A DNA stretch of 46,444 bases from a virus. Positions within the stretch are counted from its first letter, which is position 1; the number at the start of each line of letters is the position of its first letter. The notes beneath the pieces are model-generated. The model was not told the origin of the DNA. It did no database searches and saw only the letters and a list, made by a program, of their open reading frames with translations. Shown one piece after another: positions 18,224 to 28,621 of this stretch. Location: IMG/VR virus record IMGVR_UViG_3300044780_000040. One strand, written 5' to 3'. Made by a program: the position numbers and the translations under genes.

Positions 18224-18251
18224 TTCGCCTCTCCTTTCTTCGCCGAGCACA

Positions 18252-18602
18252 TTATGCGCTCGGGAACACTGCCCACAATTGCGTCTTCGGATTCCACATC
18301 ACCTCTCCCTTCTTGCCGATGGGAACGGTGCCATATGTGGTCGTATTTGTGGGATCTTTAATCGTGAGGACTCCGGTCGAAGTCCCCAAATTAATGATCT
18401 CGTGTCGATGAACGACCTGATTATTCGTCGGAGTATAGAGCAGAACATTCCGCGCCGTGGTCCCCGGATCGACCGTGAACAGATAGGGACCTCCTTGAGC
18501 GATCGTCAGATCCGCCGAGATCGTGCTATATTGCGACGTCATTTTTTGAGGGCCGTCGAGCATAAGAGCGCGTGCCCTCGAGTCGTCCAGATTGGAACGC
18601 AT
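18252..18602 (-). CDS. Hypothetical head-associated protein (116 aa)
   Basis: GGGAGG lies 5 nt upstream of the ATG. The gene is immediately downstream of the capsid gene. Confidence 0.6.
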   Translation of the reverse strand: MRSNLDDSRARALMLDGPQKMTSQYSTISADLTIAQGGPYLFTVDPGTTARNVLLYTPTNNQVVHRHEIINLGTSTGVLTIKDPTNTTTYGTVPIGKKGEVMWNPKTQLWAVFPSA

Positions 18603-18614
18603 ATGCGCCTCCCT

Positions 18615-19856
18615 TCAAGTTGCACTAATGTTGCCGACGTAGGCTTGCGAAAGCCCACCGCCGTCAACCATCAGTGAACAATCGGACTGAATGAATCCGC
18701 GGCGCACATCTTCGTCCGGGAGTTGCACGTCGTCCTTAATCTTCGCGTCCGGCCGCCCCTTCATCGTTGTATACTTGATGCAAGAGAAATCAAGCAAGAA
18801 CAACGCCTTCCGATACAGCGGATGTTGAGACAGCAGAGGATGAGACTTCAAGAGAATCCTGCCCATCGGCAGAATGAACTCTTGGAAATCAACACCGAAG
18901 AGCTTGACAGGATTGCCAAGCTCAATCTTGATACCCGTCGCGGCCTGAATAATCTTACCCAGCTCGACTCGAGCCGTGTTGCCGCAGAAGCCGAGCCTAG
19001 TGTCTCCGCCCCCCAGATCGAAATTGAACGCCGGCGCGACCGCATCCGCGAACGTCTGCGCAGTCGTCGCAACAGAGAACACCGTAGTGTTCGTCGCTGG
19101 AATGAAAGTGCGCAGTCCGCCCATGAAGCGCTTCGGCTTCCCGTTATCGCCGACCACTTCAACCCCCGCCGGATTGAACAACATCGACATCTCAATGTCG
19201 CGCGCGTGGTCGAACATCTTGCGCTTCTTATCATTCGACCAGGCATTCCCCGTTCTGGCGAACGTTTCCGCCGCCGTCCCAGTCAGCTCATAAGAATCCT
19301 TGAAGATCTGAATATAATTCTTGAACTTCACCGGATTGCGACTCACTGCTCGGGGAGCGCCCGTGCCTTCAGCGTAAGACGATCCGACCAGGGTCAGACC
19401 GCCGCCATTCGAAATCGAGCCCGGAGTAGATCCGCCAGCACCCCTTCTGCACGTGAACTGCGTATCAGAGATAACTGTATCGACCTCCAAGTACTCGTTC
19501 GCGAACGTCACCGCGTCTGCCGCTGGCTCAACCAGAAGAATATCACCCGGCTTCAGATTGGTGGCGGTGCCATAGAGTGCGGACATCGTCGTCGCAGTGG
19601 GATCAACACTGCTGACAGTCACCAATGTGTCGGTCGAAGCGACCGCACCGCTCACAATGAGGCGGACTAGATTCTGACTCTCCGCCCACCATGCGAATTC
19701 AGGATCATTGACACTATATTTTCCCGCTTTACTCGTAAGAGCAAAGATGGGTGCATTGCCATTCGGTGAGATGAACAAGATTCGTTCGCGGAAGTTCTTG
19801 GGACGCTCGTCCGTGCCCCAGTCGCCTGTTCCGCGCAGGCCAGCGATACCAGACAT
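18615..19856 (-). CDS. Major capsid protein (HK97-fold type)
   Basis: 413 aa with AAGGAG 7 nt upstream. The N-terminus RPKNFRERILFISPNGNAPIFALTSK...NDPEFAWWAE resembles podovirus capsid families. The gene follows the portal and scaffold genes. Confidence 0.8.
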   Translation of the reverse strand: MSGIAGLRGTGDWGTDERPKNFRERILFISPNGNAPIFALTSKAGKYSVNDPEFAWWAESQNLVRLIVSGAVASTDTLVTVSSVDPTATTMSALYGTATNLKPGDILLVEPAADAVTFANEYLEVDTVISDTQFTCRRGAGGSTPGSISNGGGLTLVGSSYAEGTGAPRAVSRNPVKFKNYIQIFKDSYELTGTAAETFARTGNAWSNDKKRKMFDHARDIEMSMLFNPAGVEVVGDNGKPKRFMGGLRTFIPATNTTVFSVATTAQTFADAVAPAFNFDLGGGDTRLGFCGNTARVELGKIIQAATGIKIELGNPVKLFGVDFQEFILPMGRILLKSHPLLSQHPLYRKALFLLDFSCIKYTTMKGRPDAKIKDDVQLPDEDVRRGFIQSDCSLMVDGGGLSQAYVGNISAT

Positions 19857-19868
19857 CTAGTATCTCCT

Positions 19869-20867
19869 TCAATTATCGTAATCATCATCCTCCATTCCAG
19901 CATACGGATCATGTTGCTGGCTAGAGACTGGGGCCTTCCCTCCGGGACGAGCAGGAGCGAACGGCTGTGGGCGCTTCGCACCCCCATTCAATTGACTCTG
20001 ACCGGGAAAGACTCCCACCTCCGCACTAACCGCCCGACCGACAAACGCGATCGCATCCTTGCGTGAAGCTTGAGGATTCGCAGCCCTGAACGCTCTCGCC
20101 CACCTATCGACCACTGCCCCATGCTTATCCGCAGAAAGATGAGGATTGGCCTGATAGAATTCGTTGAGCGCCTCAGCTGCTTTGGCGGCGCGCTGAGCCT
20201 GAACACTAACGCCACTATTCACCATTTCCGGGACAAAGTTCTTGATCAGATTCGAGGCCGCCTGAAGCGCCCCGACATAAACTCTGCCCATCAATTTGGG
20301 AATCATACTGACGGCGTCAGTCTCCAGCGCATCCTTCTCCTCTTGAGTGAGCGAAAAGAGATTCTGACTCGCCCACTCGCCAAGCTCTTTCTCATTAGCC
20401 TTGAAGCCTTGAAGAGCCATATCCAATTGCGACTGAGGAGAAGAAGGCGCCTCTTTCGCAACGGGTGCCGGAGGTTTTTGAGCGTCCTTAACCTGATCCT
20501 GCGGCTTCACTTCAGTCGAAGCTGGAGCGGCAGCTTTAGGCTCGGTGGCTTTTGGACCTCCGGCTTGAGGACTGACAGAAGCACCAGGCTCGTCACCCGT
20601 TGCTTGGTCAGCCATTCCGAGATCGACGGCATCCATATCATCATCGAAGCCATCGAACGAATCATGAGATTCGCTTCGCGAATCTGAAGAAGAATCTCCT
20701 GCACCGGAACCGGGCGTCTCGGGAGGCGACGATCCGCTGTCTGGAGCATCAGACGTTCCCGGTGCAGGAGAACCCGACGACGAAGGGGGCGCGCCGCCGG
20801 AAGGTGAACTTGAATTTTCATCCAAGAGGAAGCGGGGAAACCTTGCGCTTTCAAGCCAGTGTGTCAT
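19869..20867 (-). CDS. Scaffolding protein (putative)
   Basis: The gene lies between portal and capsid. It has an acidic Ser/Pro/Asp-rich low-complexity N-terminal half and a helical C-terminal half. Confidence 0.55.
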   Translation of the reverse strand: MTHWLESARFPRFLLDENSSSPSGGAPPSSSGSPAPGTSDAPDSGSSPPETPGSGAGDSSSDSRSESHDSFDGFDDDMDAVDLGMADQATGDEPGASVSPQAGGPKATEPKAAAPASTEVKPQDQVKDAQKPPAPVAKEAPSSPQSQLDMALQGFKANEKELGEWASQNLFSLTQEEKDALETDAVSMIPKLMGRVYVGALQAASNLIKNFVPEMVNSGVSVQAQRAAKAAEALNEFYQANPHLSADKHGAVVDRWARAFRAANPQASRKDAIAFVGRAVSAEVGVFPGQSQLNGGAKRPQPFAPARPGGKAPVSSQQHDPYAGMEDDDYDN

Positions 20868-21238
20868 TCATCTTCTCCCGGAGCATCAAGTCCGAGCCGG
20901 AGCCGAAGCGCCTTATCGGACGAAAGGATACCCTCACAAATGCTGAGGGCGAGTCGTAATCCCATAATGGCGCCTTTTGCGCTCTCAGACCTCAAAATCT
21001 GACTAATCCCATCAACCTCAACTGAAGCAGGTTGAAGAAACTCATTCTGCTTACTTTGAAGGTGATGTTGAAGAATCTTCTCATAAACATGCCAGCCTTC
21101 AGTATTCATAAGATTCCGAATCGCATTTCCGGTTCGGATCTCTGCTTTTTCTTCATTCGTCAACTCGCGGTGGCGCCTCACGCCATCACGGATAGCTTGG
21201 TCTGCCAAGAGCTTCACTCCTTGCACCAGATTCTGCAT
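20864..21238 (-). CDS. Hypothetical protein (124 aa)
   Basis: The stop overlaps the scaffold ATG (ATGA). The 5' end overlaps the portal 3' end by 53 nt, so the start is uncertain. Confidence 0.5.
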   Translation of the reverse strand: MQNLVQGVKLLADQAIRDGVRRHRELTNEEKAEIRTGNAIRNLMNTEGWHVYEKILQHHLQSKQNEFLQPASVEVDGISQILRSESAKGAIMGLRLALSICEGILSSDKALRLRLGLDAPGEDE

Positions 21239-23174
21239 TCTCCCCCGCTAGCTCCGCTCCCGCGCTCGGTAGAGTAGCAACATTCGGATTGAAAGAAACC
21301 TGCGGACCACCGGGTCGGAGTGGTATAACATTGCCCGCCTGTGCCTGCGCAGCGAGCATTTGATCAGGTACAACTTGAATCTTGAACTGATTGATATTCC
21401 GAATCCCAGCCAACTGCGAAATATGTGTGAAAACTTTGCCAATATCGAACTGCATCAATAATTGAGGGAAATTTCTCATCTGCCCCATAATGTTCTGCCA
21501 AAGAGTCGCCATCGCCATTCGATCGACCGGCAGCGCCCCATCGACTGGAACGAAATCGTAATCTCCCATAATGCTTCCCGGATCGACCTGCATAAACCTC
21601 GGACCGGCCATCTGCGCGAGATCACCCACAATCTTGAACTTCTTGTCCATATCATAAAATTGCTGACTATCCGCAACCATTCGCGCGGCGAGCGTCGAGA
21701 TCCCCATCGCACTTATATATTCGGTGATGGTCTTCAATCGATTGACTCCAAATCCCGTACTAGTGCGAACTTCTGTCGCTGTTGTCCGGGATTTGGAGAT
21801 CCCTCCGAACATTTGTTCATTAATTCCAGTAATTCTCTCTCCAATCGTCTGCATTGCCTCCAGGTCAGACATATGGGCTCTTGTAATGTCTGCAACTGGT
21901 ACTTGGTAGAAGAATTTGGTGATGTCTGTTCCATATGCTTCAGGACGGAGTCTGTAAATGAAACCAGGTCCGCCATCCTCCGTGTCATCGATAACAATTT
22001 TGCTCGGATCAACAACGAATTGGTTATTGAGGGCTGCGCGAACATTGTAAAAATGGGAATTAATGAGCCAATCCATAGTTCGTTGTATTGGATCAATAAT
22101 TTCAGGGATTCCTCTAGAATATAATCCGTATCCTTCGATTTCTGTCTCGATGATTGAGAATGGAAACTTTCCATGTGCGTTCCCCAATGGTTCTGCCCCG
22201 AGCAAGACCGCATAATCGGAGCTGATTGTGAAGACCCACTTCTCTGGAAAATCTGAACTTCCAATCTTCCACTCACTCTGAATAAGATCAACATACACTT
22301 CAAAAATATCAATACTTGTAGGATGCTTCAGATCTTCATTCGCCGCGCCCAACGTTTGCTGATACACTCGATCGGGGCGAAGAAGTGCCGAAGAACCTTC
22401 TTGAATCTGCGCAGTGTGAGGGGGTCGGGCGGGTAATCTTCCGACTCCATCCTTAGTATACCAGCCGGCAAACTGTCTCTTTTTGATTTCATTCCATCCG
22501 ATTGTTTTCCGGACATAACAGAATTCTCCCTCTTGGAATCTGTACATCGGATAGTGCGGATCATGGCCGAAATCGAACGGACTGACATTATACACCCTCG
22601 TCCCTTGATACCCAGCAGAGCGGAACGTTTGCTGCACCTTCTTTTCAGAACCCGGAATCGGAAGGCCATCCGGACCGAAAATCATCATCTGCTCTACACT
22701 CGAATACTGAACCTGCTCATTCGCCCAATAATTTCCCAGAATACCACAACCATACTTTCCACTATCATACAACCAAATATAATACGGGACCAGATGTTGA
22801 CCTGTTTCGACCTGATACGAGGTTAAAGCCTCCAATGCACTCACTTGCTGCTCTGTCTCGCCATGTCTGCCACTGAATTGATGCACCGGAGATCGTGAAA
22901 AGAAAACAGACGTCATATAAGTATGGGCGGTCATGAGAGTGGCGTAAGAATACGGAATCTGCATCGTAGTGTAGGTGGTCTGGCCCTTCAATTCCCGCGC
23001 CGAGCGGCGAAGAGCATCTTCATCTTGCTCTTTAAGATAAGCGAGAGCTTTATCTTCCGCCATCTCCCATTGCTTGATTCGATCCGACCGCTTTTGCATC
23101 GAATACTTAACCCTCGCCTCAAGCCTTTGCAAGAGGAAGTTCTCAGTCTGCCTATCAAAGCTTCGCGTTACCAT
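21186..23174 (-). CDS. Portal protein (podovirus head-to-tail connector type)
   Basis: 662 aa, located downstream of TerL. The N-terminal region RLEARVKYSMQKRSDRIKQWEMAEDKALAY...TTMQIPYSYATLMTAHTYM resembles T7-type connector families. Confidence 0.8.
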   Translation of the reverse strand: MVTRSFDRQTENFLLQRLEARVKYSMQKRSDRIKQWEMAEDKALAYLKEQDEDALRRSARELKGQTTYTTMQIPYSYATLMTAHTYMTSVFFSRSPVHQFSGRHGETEQQVSALEALTSYQVETGQHLVPYYIWLYDSGKYGCGILGNYWANEQVQYSSVEQMMIFGPDGLPIPGSEKKVQQTFRSAGYQGTRVYNVSPFDFGHDPHYPMYRFQEGEFCYVRKTIGWNEIKKRQFAGWYTKDGVGRLPARPPHTAQIQEGSSALLRPDRVYQQTLGAANEDLKHPTSIDIFEVYVDLIQSEWKIGSSDFPEKWVFTISSDYAVLLGAEPLGNAHGKFPFSIIETEIEGYGLYSRGIPEIIDPIQRTMDWLINSHFYNVRAALNNQFVVDPSKIVIDDTEDGGPGFIYRLRPEAYGTDITKFFYQVPVADITRAHMSDLEAMQTIGERITGINEQMFGGISKSRTTATEVRTSTGFGVNRLKTITEYISAMGISTLAARMVADSQQFYDMDKKFKIVGDLAQMAGPRFMQVDPGSIMGDYDFVPVDGALPVDRMAMATLWQNIMGQMRNFPQLLMQFDIGKVFTHISQLAGIRNINQFKIQVVPDQMLAAQAQAGNVIPLRPGGPQVSFNPNVATLPSAGAELAGENAESGARSEALGRPSYP

Positions 23175-23175
23175 T

Positions 23176-23526
23176 TCAACTTCCTCCGAAGCCCAACAAT
23201 TTCAGAATATCCAAATTATGCGATCTCTCAATATCATTTATCCCTAATTGCTTTGCGAGTGGACTATTCTGATCTCCGGGCTCGAGCTGGTTTGCATAAT
23301 ATTCTCCTGGAGGGAGGTATCGAGGTCGAAGACTACTCGCCAGCGGCGTCGGATCGAGGAGCCTTGCCGAATCCAGCAGCGGTGCGCCCTCATTTCTTCT
23401 ATCTTCCAGATTATACTCTCTTCCCTGCTCGGGGTCGAACGCCCCACCAGCCGCAATCTTTGCATTAAGAAGTGCTTTGACACGGCGTTCGTACTCCCCT
23501 TGATCCATCTCAATCTCCCATTTCAA
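23176..23526 (-). CDS. Hypothetical protein (116 aa from TTG, or 110 aa from the ATG at 23508)
   Basis: ORF between TerL and portal. GGGAGA precedes the ATG at 23508. Confidence 0.5.
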   Translation of the reverse strand: MKWEIEMDQGEYERRVKALLNAKIAAGGAFDPEQGREYNLEDRRNEGAPLLDSARLLDPTPLASSLRPRYLPPGEYYANQLEPGDQNSPLAKQLGINDIERSHNLDILKLLGFGGS

Positions 23527-23699
23527 TCTCCGCGTTTTGTCTTCGCATTTCGCGGGCCGGGATCTCCAGCATAGTTTGGATGCTCGAATTCCGCATTCCG
23601 GTCATCCCCGGCAGCTTCAGCCTCTCCCTCTCTCGGATCGGTCCACTTTTTCACCGACTGCTTCCTTTCATAATAAGATTCGAGATCTTTATCCGTCAT
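23523..23699 (-). CDS. Hypothetical small acidic protein (58 aa; below the ORF-track cutoff)
   Basis: My translation is MTDKDLESYYERKQSVKKWTDPREGEAEAAGDDRNAEFEHPNYAGDPGPRNAKTKRGD. Its ATG overlaps the TerL stop (ATGA). Confidence 0.4.
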   Translation of the reverse strand: MTDKDLESYYERKQSVKKWTDPREGEAEAAGDDRNAEFEHPNYAGDPGPRNAKTKRGD

Positions 23700-25222
23700 G
23701 GTGCATTTCTCCTCGCTCTCAATTGGACAATATTATCATTGTCCTCTTCAGTCTCCGCATAAGCATTCGTCAACCCTAAGACTCCCATCGCAGCGAAGTC
23801 GAGAATATCATCAAATTCGACCGCGGGATATTTTGTCCACTGTTCAATAAAAGCTGTGTGACTTCGCCGAATAAAAAGCCTTCCATTTGAAGCCAAACCA
23901 TGCAGGGCGCTCTGAATCCGAATCGGCTTAGCTTTAATGTCATTGAATGCCTCGATCGTTGTCCATTCTTGCCTCTTCATCATTTCTTGTTCGAGAATCC
24001 ACTTGAGCGTCGCCTGATATGCGACCGACTCCACAATCGCCTTATAAGGCCTCCAGCGGTAACGCATTTCGAAGAACTTCGTCACAACCCATGAGGGCGG
24101 CGCGGCCTGCAACGCTTCATATTCTAATAGATAATAATTCCCCCCATGCCGCCTCAGCGCCCCCACGACTTGATAATCTTTCTTCGCAATCTGCTTCTGC
24201 TCAAGACGTTTAACTGGCGGAGGCGCGGGATCGATCGCCAGCACCGTTGTTCCCATCTCAGGGGGCTCATCATAGAAACGAAGCCATTCCTCTTTAAAAA
24301 CTGCGGTCTCACGCGAAATGATTCGGACCTCTTTCTCCTTACTGAAGATCGAGAGCCGATTGAGCGCAATGGCTGCCCGCTTTTCAGCGCGGCGAGTTTC
24401 CGTTGGATGGCGAGCTTCCCACGAACTTTGCTGTTGAGAGACATCGAGGCCCATCGTCTCTTTCGTCCAGCAAGGATAGCGGACTGAGAAAAACTCAGGA
24501 TCTTTTTCCGCAATATGAACAACATCATCGACGGCCTGCGGGGTGTTGAGCATGACGAGCTTTGCATTCGGATTCTCACTCGCTGGAGCCAGAGACCCTT
24601 TAAGACTTCCCATCACAAGATCAATTATCTTTTCTCTTTGCTCGAGTGTGGAGCCATTTTCATCCGTCAGTATATCATCGAGTACAATAAGGTCAGGACG
24701 ATAGTCGTCAAAATTAATGCCACGAATGTTGCCAGTAATACCAGCGCCGAGGACCCAGATAGGATTGACATCAACGCCGTGAAATATCTCAAGTTCTGTA
24801 TCCGTCCATTTTGCGCCGGGGCGCAGACCAAAAGTTGTTGCGAAAGGATCTTGCTTCTCTTGGCCTCCAGCTCCCATCTTCTTTTCAATCCGACTGCGAA
24901 GCCATCGAATAGATCGAACAGCGTGGGGCTCACTTGCTCCGACATACAATATCGTTTTGCTCAAATTAAATGCGACCCGCTTTCCAGTAAACATTCTGAG
25001 CAGTGTAGTTTTCGCCGAATCTCTAAAGCACACCAAATTAACATAGCGCTTCGCGCTATCATTCAAATGAGACCAAATATCCGAATGGAATGGGGCCGGG
25101 GCCTGGCGGGCGGCCTTCGGGAAAAAGGTCTGCACGAACAATTGATCATCGACGGCACAGAGACCGACCAATTCATCTACCGAGACTTTATTCTTCTCTT
25201 TCTCTTCTCTTTCTTTTTCCAT
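23696..25222 (-). CDS. terL: Terminase large subunit
   Basis: 508 aa. There is a Walker-A-like segment (VCFRDSAKTTLL) and a Walker B (PDLIVLDDILTDE). The C-terminal half is nuclease-like (TVLAIDPAPP...). Confidence 0.85.
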   Translation of the reverse strand: MEKEREEKEKNKVSVDELVGLCAVDDQLFVQTFFPKAARQAPAPFHSDIWSHLNDSAKRYVNLVCFRDSAKTTLLRMFTGKRVAFNLSKTILYVGASEPHAVRSIRWLRSRIEKKMGAGGQEKQDPFATTFGLRPGAKWTDTELEIFHGVDVNPIWVLGAGITGNIRGINFDDYRPDLIVLDDILTDENGSTLEQREKIIDLVMGSLKGSLAPASENPNAKLVMLNTPQAVDDVVHIAEKDPEFFSVRYPCWTKETMGLDVSQQQSSWEARHPTETRRAEKRAAIALNRLSIFSKEKEVRIISRETAVFKEEWLRFYDEPPEMGTTVLAIDPAPPPVKRLEQKQIAKKDYQVVGALRRHGGNYYLLEYEALQAAPPSWVVTKFFEMRYRWRPYKAIVESVAYQATLKWILEQEMMKRQEWTTIEAFNDIKAKPIRIQSALHGLASNGRLFIRRSHTAFIEQWTKYPAVEFDDILDFAAMGVLGLTNAYAETEEDNDNIVQLRARRNAP

Positions 25223-27444
25223 CAGAAGGCACTCAAGAAATTGTTGATCCGAATACGAAGCAATTCTAATTGCGCCGGGGTCAGTCCGCCTCCAAACCCC
25301 GCCGCCTTCACTTGCCTATTCGAGAAGCTTGTTCCAACACCCTGACCACAGAACCCGAATCCAGTGAGTGTCAGGCCAGTTGCAGCTTGAGCGACCGTAG
25401 CCTGCGTACCATTCACATTATAGCTAATGTTATTGATGTCTTTTCGAGTAACGCCAGCGAAACCAATTCCTCCATTCGTTCCAAGAGAGATTGTCGTTGT
25501 GGGCGCTTCTCTGTTCAGACGAGTGGCCAATTGTGTCGAATTAATATTCGCGACTCCGATTCTAAAATTCGTCGCATCACCAAATCCGAATGCAGTCCCT
25601 GCATCTCCCAGATTTCCAGTAACTCCGAAGACCGAAGCCGAATTCTGATTATAACGTAAAATACTCCCTCCCCCTAAATTAAGCGAGGGCGTCTGCTGAA
25701 ATTGCGGATTCAGAACCATCGAAAGATAACTGGTCGTCCCATTTCCAGCAATATAATTATCAGTCACAAAAGTGATCGATCCACTATTCGTTTCAGTGAG
25801 ATCCCATCCAGAGCGCAGAATATTAATTCGCGCCGCTTGACGATCATGACACTTTGGCAAATAGAGTGCATCCAGAAGATCCGCGATCCCATCAGATCTC
25901 AAACCACGAATCAGAGTATCATAAAGCGCGGCGCGGGCTGAACTGGGCGCTACAGTCATTCTATTAAGTGCCAACTCTGTCTGGGATAAATATTGCCGCG
26001 GGCTCGCTGGAATTCGGATAACTTTATTCTTATTATCATCGAATGCATAAAGCTTATTTCCCGGTCCGGGACCAGGATTCGAGCCACTCGGAACATTAAG
26101 TGTGCCATCACCACTATTATTCGTAATCGCCATCCTGTAAGACGACAAACCATTCTTGACCGCCATAGGAGCGTCGAGTGCAGAACCATCAGAAACAGAA
26201 AACCAATCTGCTTCCGCAGACCAGACCCCGCCCGAATCTCGATCTCTATAGGATAATGTTGGACTTCCTCGAACAAAGCTGCCACTGGCCTTCGGCCAGA
26301 ATACTCTCATCCCTCCACTCGGCAATTGAGCAATCGCATAGCCGTCATAACGATGATTATAAGGTCCAGAAGTGCCGAACGAACCCAAAAGCGTCGCCGA
26401 ACTGAATACATTCGGCGCCCCACCAACTGAAACAATATGATAGAAATTGAACGGGCCTCCAATTACCGACGCGGCTCTCATGAATATAACATGGCGATTG
26501 CCGTTTGTGTCGTCAGCCCATAGAGGAATTTGACCATCCAGCCCACCACCGTTCACGATTCGATAACTCGTCTGACAGGTGGCGAGACTTATCGGATAAG
26601 CACCCACAAGCGTCGTAACCGTGCCGTCCCAATTCTTAATCGAGCCGTCAGTCACATTGTAGCGGAATGCAAAGACATCAAATCTTGAAGTGTCGCCCGT
26701 ATTCGCTTGAGTACACAGAAATTGAATCTCATTCCCAACAAGAATATGGTTTCCTTGATAGACCCTCGAATTGAGCCAATTCAGAATCTTAACTTCTGCT
26801 GCCCATGAAATCACACCTCCAGAAATCGTACCAATTCGAATATAAAGGTCGAACCAAGTATTTACGGAGTCATATGATCGAAGAAACAAATAAACCTTAT
26901 TCTGTGAGGGAACAAACGTCGGATGAGGATAAGTATAATAACCAACGAGATCTGAAGTCGATTGCCCTATCCAAGCAGTAATGTCATTCGGATTTTTGCT
27001 CCGACTATAAGGCATAAGCTGGCTGTGCGGTCCATAAAAACACCACCAATAACCATCTTGATCTTTGAATAAAGCAGGCTGCCCATGAGTATCATTGAAC
27101 ATACAAACATTGCCAATCGGATAAGAATCCGACCAGGAGCTTGTAGCGTGATCGTAAGAGGCAACGTGGACCTCTTGCATTTGGCCGTTCCAGACGCTAT
27201 AAGCCTGAATAGTCTTATTCACTGAGGAGTCATAGACCGCACTGGGATCAGTCGCCAATGGCTCAAATCCCCACGCTCCTCCATATGAGGTAAAGTAATC
27301 CGTTACTGCACCGCCAGAGGGACCACCCCCCGCACCTCCTCCAGACTCCCCTCCAGACGTCCGTCTGCGACGCCGGGGCTGGATAACCTCATATTTGCCA
27401 GAATGTAAATCCATTCCACTCGGAGGCATTCTTTTTCCCTTCAA
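25222..27444 (-). CDS. BNR_4/sialidase-like beta-propeller protein with a LamG/concanavalin-like C-terminal domain (putative glycan-binding or depolymerase protein)
   Basis: 740 aa. MFNDTHGQPALFKDQDGYWWCFYGPHSQLMPYSRSKNPNDITAW fits the BNR_4 pattern H..P....D..G......H......Y.RS.....I..W. The N-terminus is Arg/Gly-rich. The stop overlaps the TerL ATG (TGATG). Confidence 0.4.
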   Translation of the reverse strand: MKGKRMPPSGMDLHSGKYEVIQPRRRRRTSGGESGGGAGGGPSGGAVTDYFTSYGGAWGFEPLATDPSAVYDSSVNKTIQAYSVWNGQMQEVHVASYDHATSSWSDSYPIGNVCMFNDTHGQPALFKDQDGYWWCFYGPHSQLMPYSRSKNPNDITAWIGQSTSDLVGYYTYPHPTFVPSQNKVYLFLRSYDSVNTWFDLYIRIGTISGGVISWAAEVKILNWLNSRVYQGNHILVGNEIQFLCTQANTGDTSRFDVFAFRYNVTDGSIKNWDGTVTTLVGAYPISLATCQTSYRIVNGGGLDGQIPLWADDTNGNRHVIFMRAASVIGGPFNFYHIVSVGGAPNVFSSATLLGSFGTSGPYNHRYDGYAIAQLPSGGMRVFWPKASGSFVRGSPTLSYRDRDSGGVWSAEADWFSVSDGSALDAPMAVKNGLSSYRMAITNNSGDGTLNVPSGSNPGPGPGNKLYAFDDNKNKVIRIPASPRQYLSQTELALNRMTVAPSSARAALYDTLIRGLRSDGIADLLDALYLPKCHDRQAARINILRSGWDLTETNSGSITFVTDNYIAGNGTTSYLSMVLNPQFQQTPSLNLGGGSILRYNQNSASVFGVTGNLGDAGTAFGFGDATNFRIGVANINSTQLATRLNREAPTTTISLGTNGGIGFAGVTRKDINNISYNVNGTQATVAQAATGLTLTGFGFCGQGVGTSFSNRQVKAAGFGGGLTPAQLELLRIRINNFLSAF

Positions 27445-27986
27445 TGAACAATTAGTACATTGAACGCCTCCGGATCAATCTGCCCAATATGATCGATCAA
27501 GTGACGGGGGCGCGGAGTCTGCACTTCCGGATCATGCGAATGACAAACAGCGAGGGGAACCAATCTTGCATCGACACATAGAGCTTTCTGCAAAACTGGA
27601 ATATAAAGCTTCTCCAATTGCAGAAAGGCATCTGAATTGAATCGAATCTTAATTTCTCCCACAAGAATATGATTCTGATCATAAGAATCAATTAAGAAGT
27701 CTGGTTGGCACCAGAAGTTCTGCCCACTCCGATCGACATAGGAAAACCACGGAGATCGAATCAGGAAGCTTTGGGGGAGCCAATTTAAAACCTTCTCTTG
27801 AAATCTCAGACCTTGAAGCTTTGAGCCTCTCGGCTTGTAATGCACCTTGCTCACGAATGGCGGGCTGTGATCTCTATATGCGCTCAGAATCGGCAAATCT
27901 GGCAAGTGTCGAATATAATGAGGGAGAGGAGAAGCCTCGTTCTGCTTTGACCATGCATTCCTGTATGGCGTGGGCGGATGGACCAT
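27441..27986 (-). CDS. PD-(D/E)xK-like nuclease (putative)
   Basis: WCQPDFLIDSYDQNHILVGEIKIRF contains PD...E-x-K spaced 14 aa apart. The ATG overlaps the TerS stop (TGATG). Confidence 0.4.
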   Translation of the reverse strand: MVHPPTPYRNAWSKQNEASPLPHYIRHLPDLPILSAYRDHSPPFVSKVHYKPRGSKLQGLRFQEKVLNWLPQSFLIRSPWFSYVDRSGQNFWCQPDFLIDSYDQNHILVGEIKIRFNSDAFLQLEKLYIPVLQKALCVDARLVPLAVCHSHDPEVQTPRPRHLIDHIGQIDPEAFNVLIVH

Positions 27987-28621
27987 CAATCCTCTCCCTC
28001 ACTCTCTTCTCCAATTTCAGACTCCTGTCCCGCAACAGGAGACTTCGATTGAAGAGGAGCTGGATTCTTTTTCAGTTCCAATGTCTTCAGATGGGCGCGG
28101 GCGCGAGCGAGACCTTCCGCACTCACGGTCTGCGTCGCATTATTGTTCGTCAAATTGACATTCACTGACGGACTCCCACTTCGTGGGGGTTCGGGACCAT
28201 AACCGAGACGGTCGAGGGAACTTTTTGCAATATCATTCAGAAGGGGAAGGGGAATTGCATCTCTCTTTTTCTCTAATGCGGTGAGCGTATGGTCGAGGGC
28301 GGCTTCGGCGACTTTGACCAATTTGTCGGTCAATTTGTCTTTCAAAGTTTCTTCGAAGGCTTCGCGGCGCTGGCGATAGCGAGCTTTGAAGAGATCAGAA
28401 TTATAGATGGTCGAGACGGTGCCGTAGGATCTTCCGAGCCGCAGGGCACAATCTTTTATTGTTGTTCCAGGATGGCTTAATAGATCATCGATTATTCCAT
28501 CGTACCAAGCCATCGCGGTCGTGGGCCGCCAAAGCCGGCCAAAATCTCCGAACACATTGGTGATCGGCTTCACAGAATCAAGGTCAGCGGTGAAATCTTC
28601 AGGGAGCGGATTTTGTGTCAT
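27986..28621 (-). CDS. Terminase small subunit (putative; N-terminal HTH followed by a coiled coil)
   Basis: This is the first gene of the minus-strand operon. TIKDCALRLGRSYGTVSTIYNSDLF looks like an HTH, followed by a helical region and an acidic tail. Confidence 0.45.
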   Translation of the reverse strand: MTQNPLPEDFTADLDSVKPITNVFGDFGRLWRPTTAMAWYDGIIDDLLSHPGTTIKDCALRLGRSYGTVSTIYNSDLFKARYRQRREAFEETLKDKLTDKLVKVAEAALDHTLTALEKKRDAIPLPLLNDIAKSSLDRLGYGPEPPRSGSPSVNVNLTNNNATQTVSAEGLARARAHLKTLELKKNPAPLQSKSPVAGQESEIGEESEGED

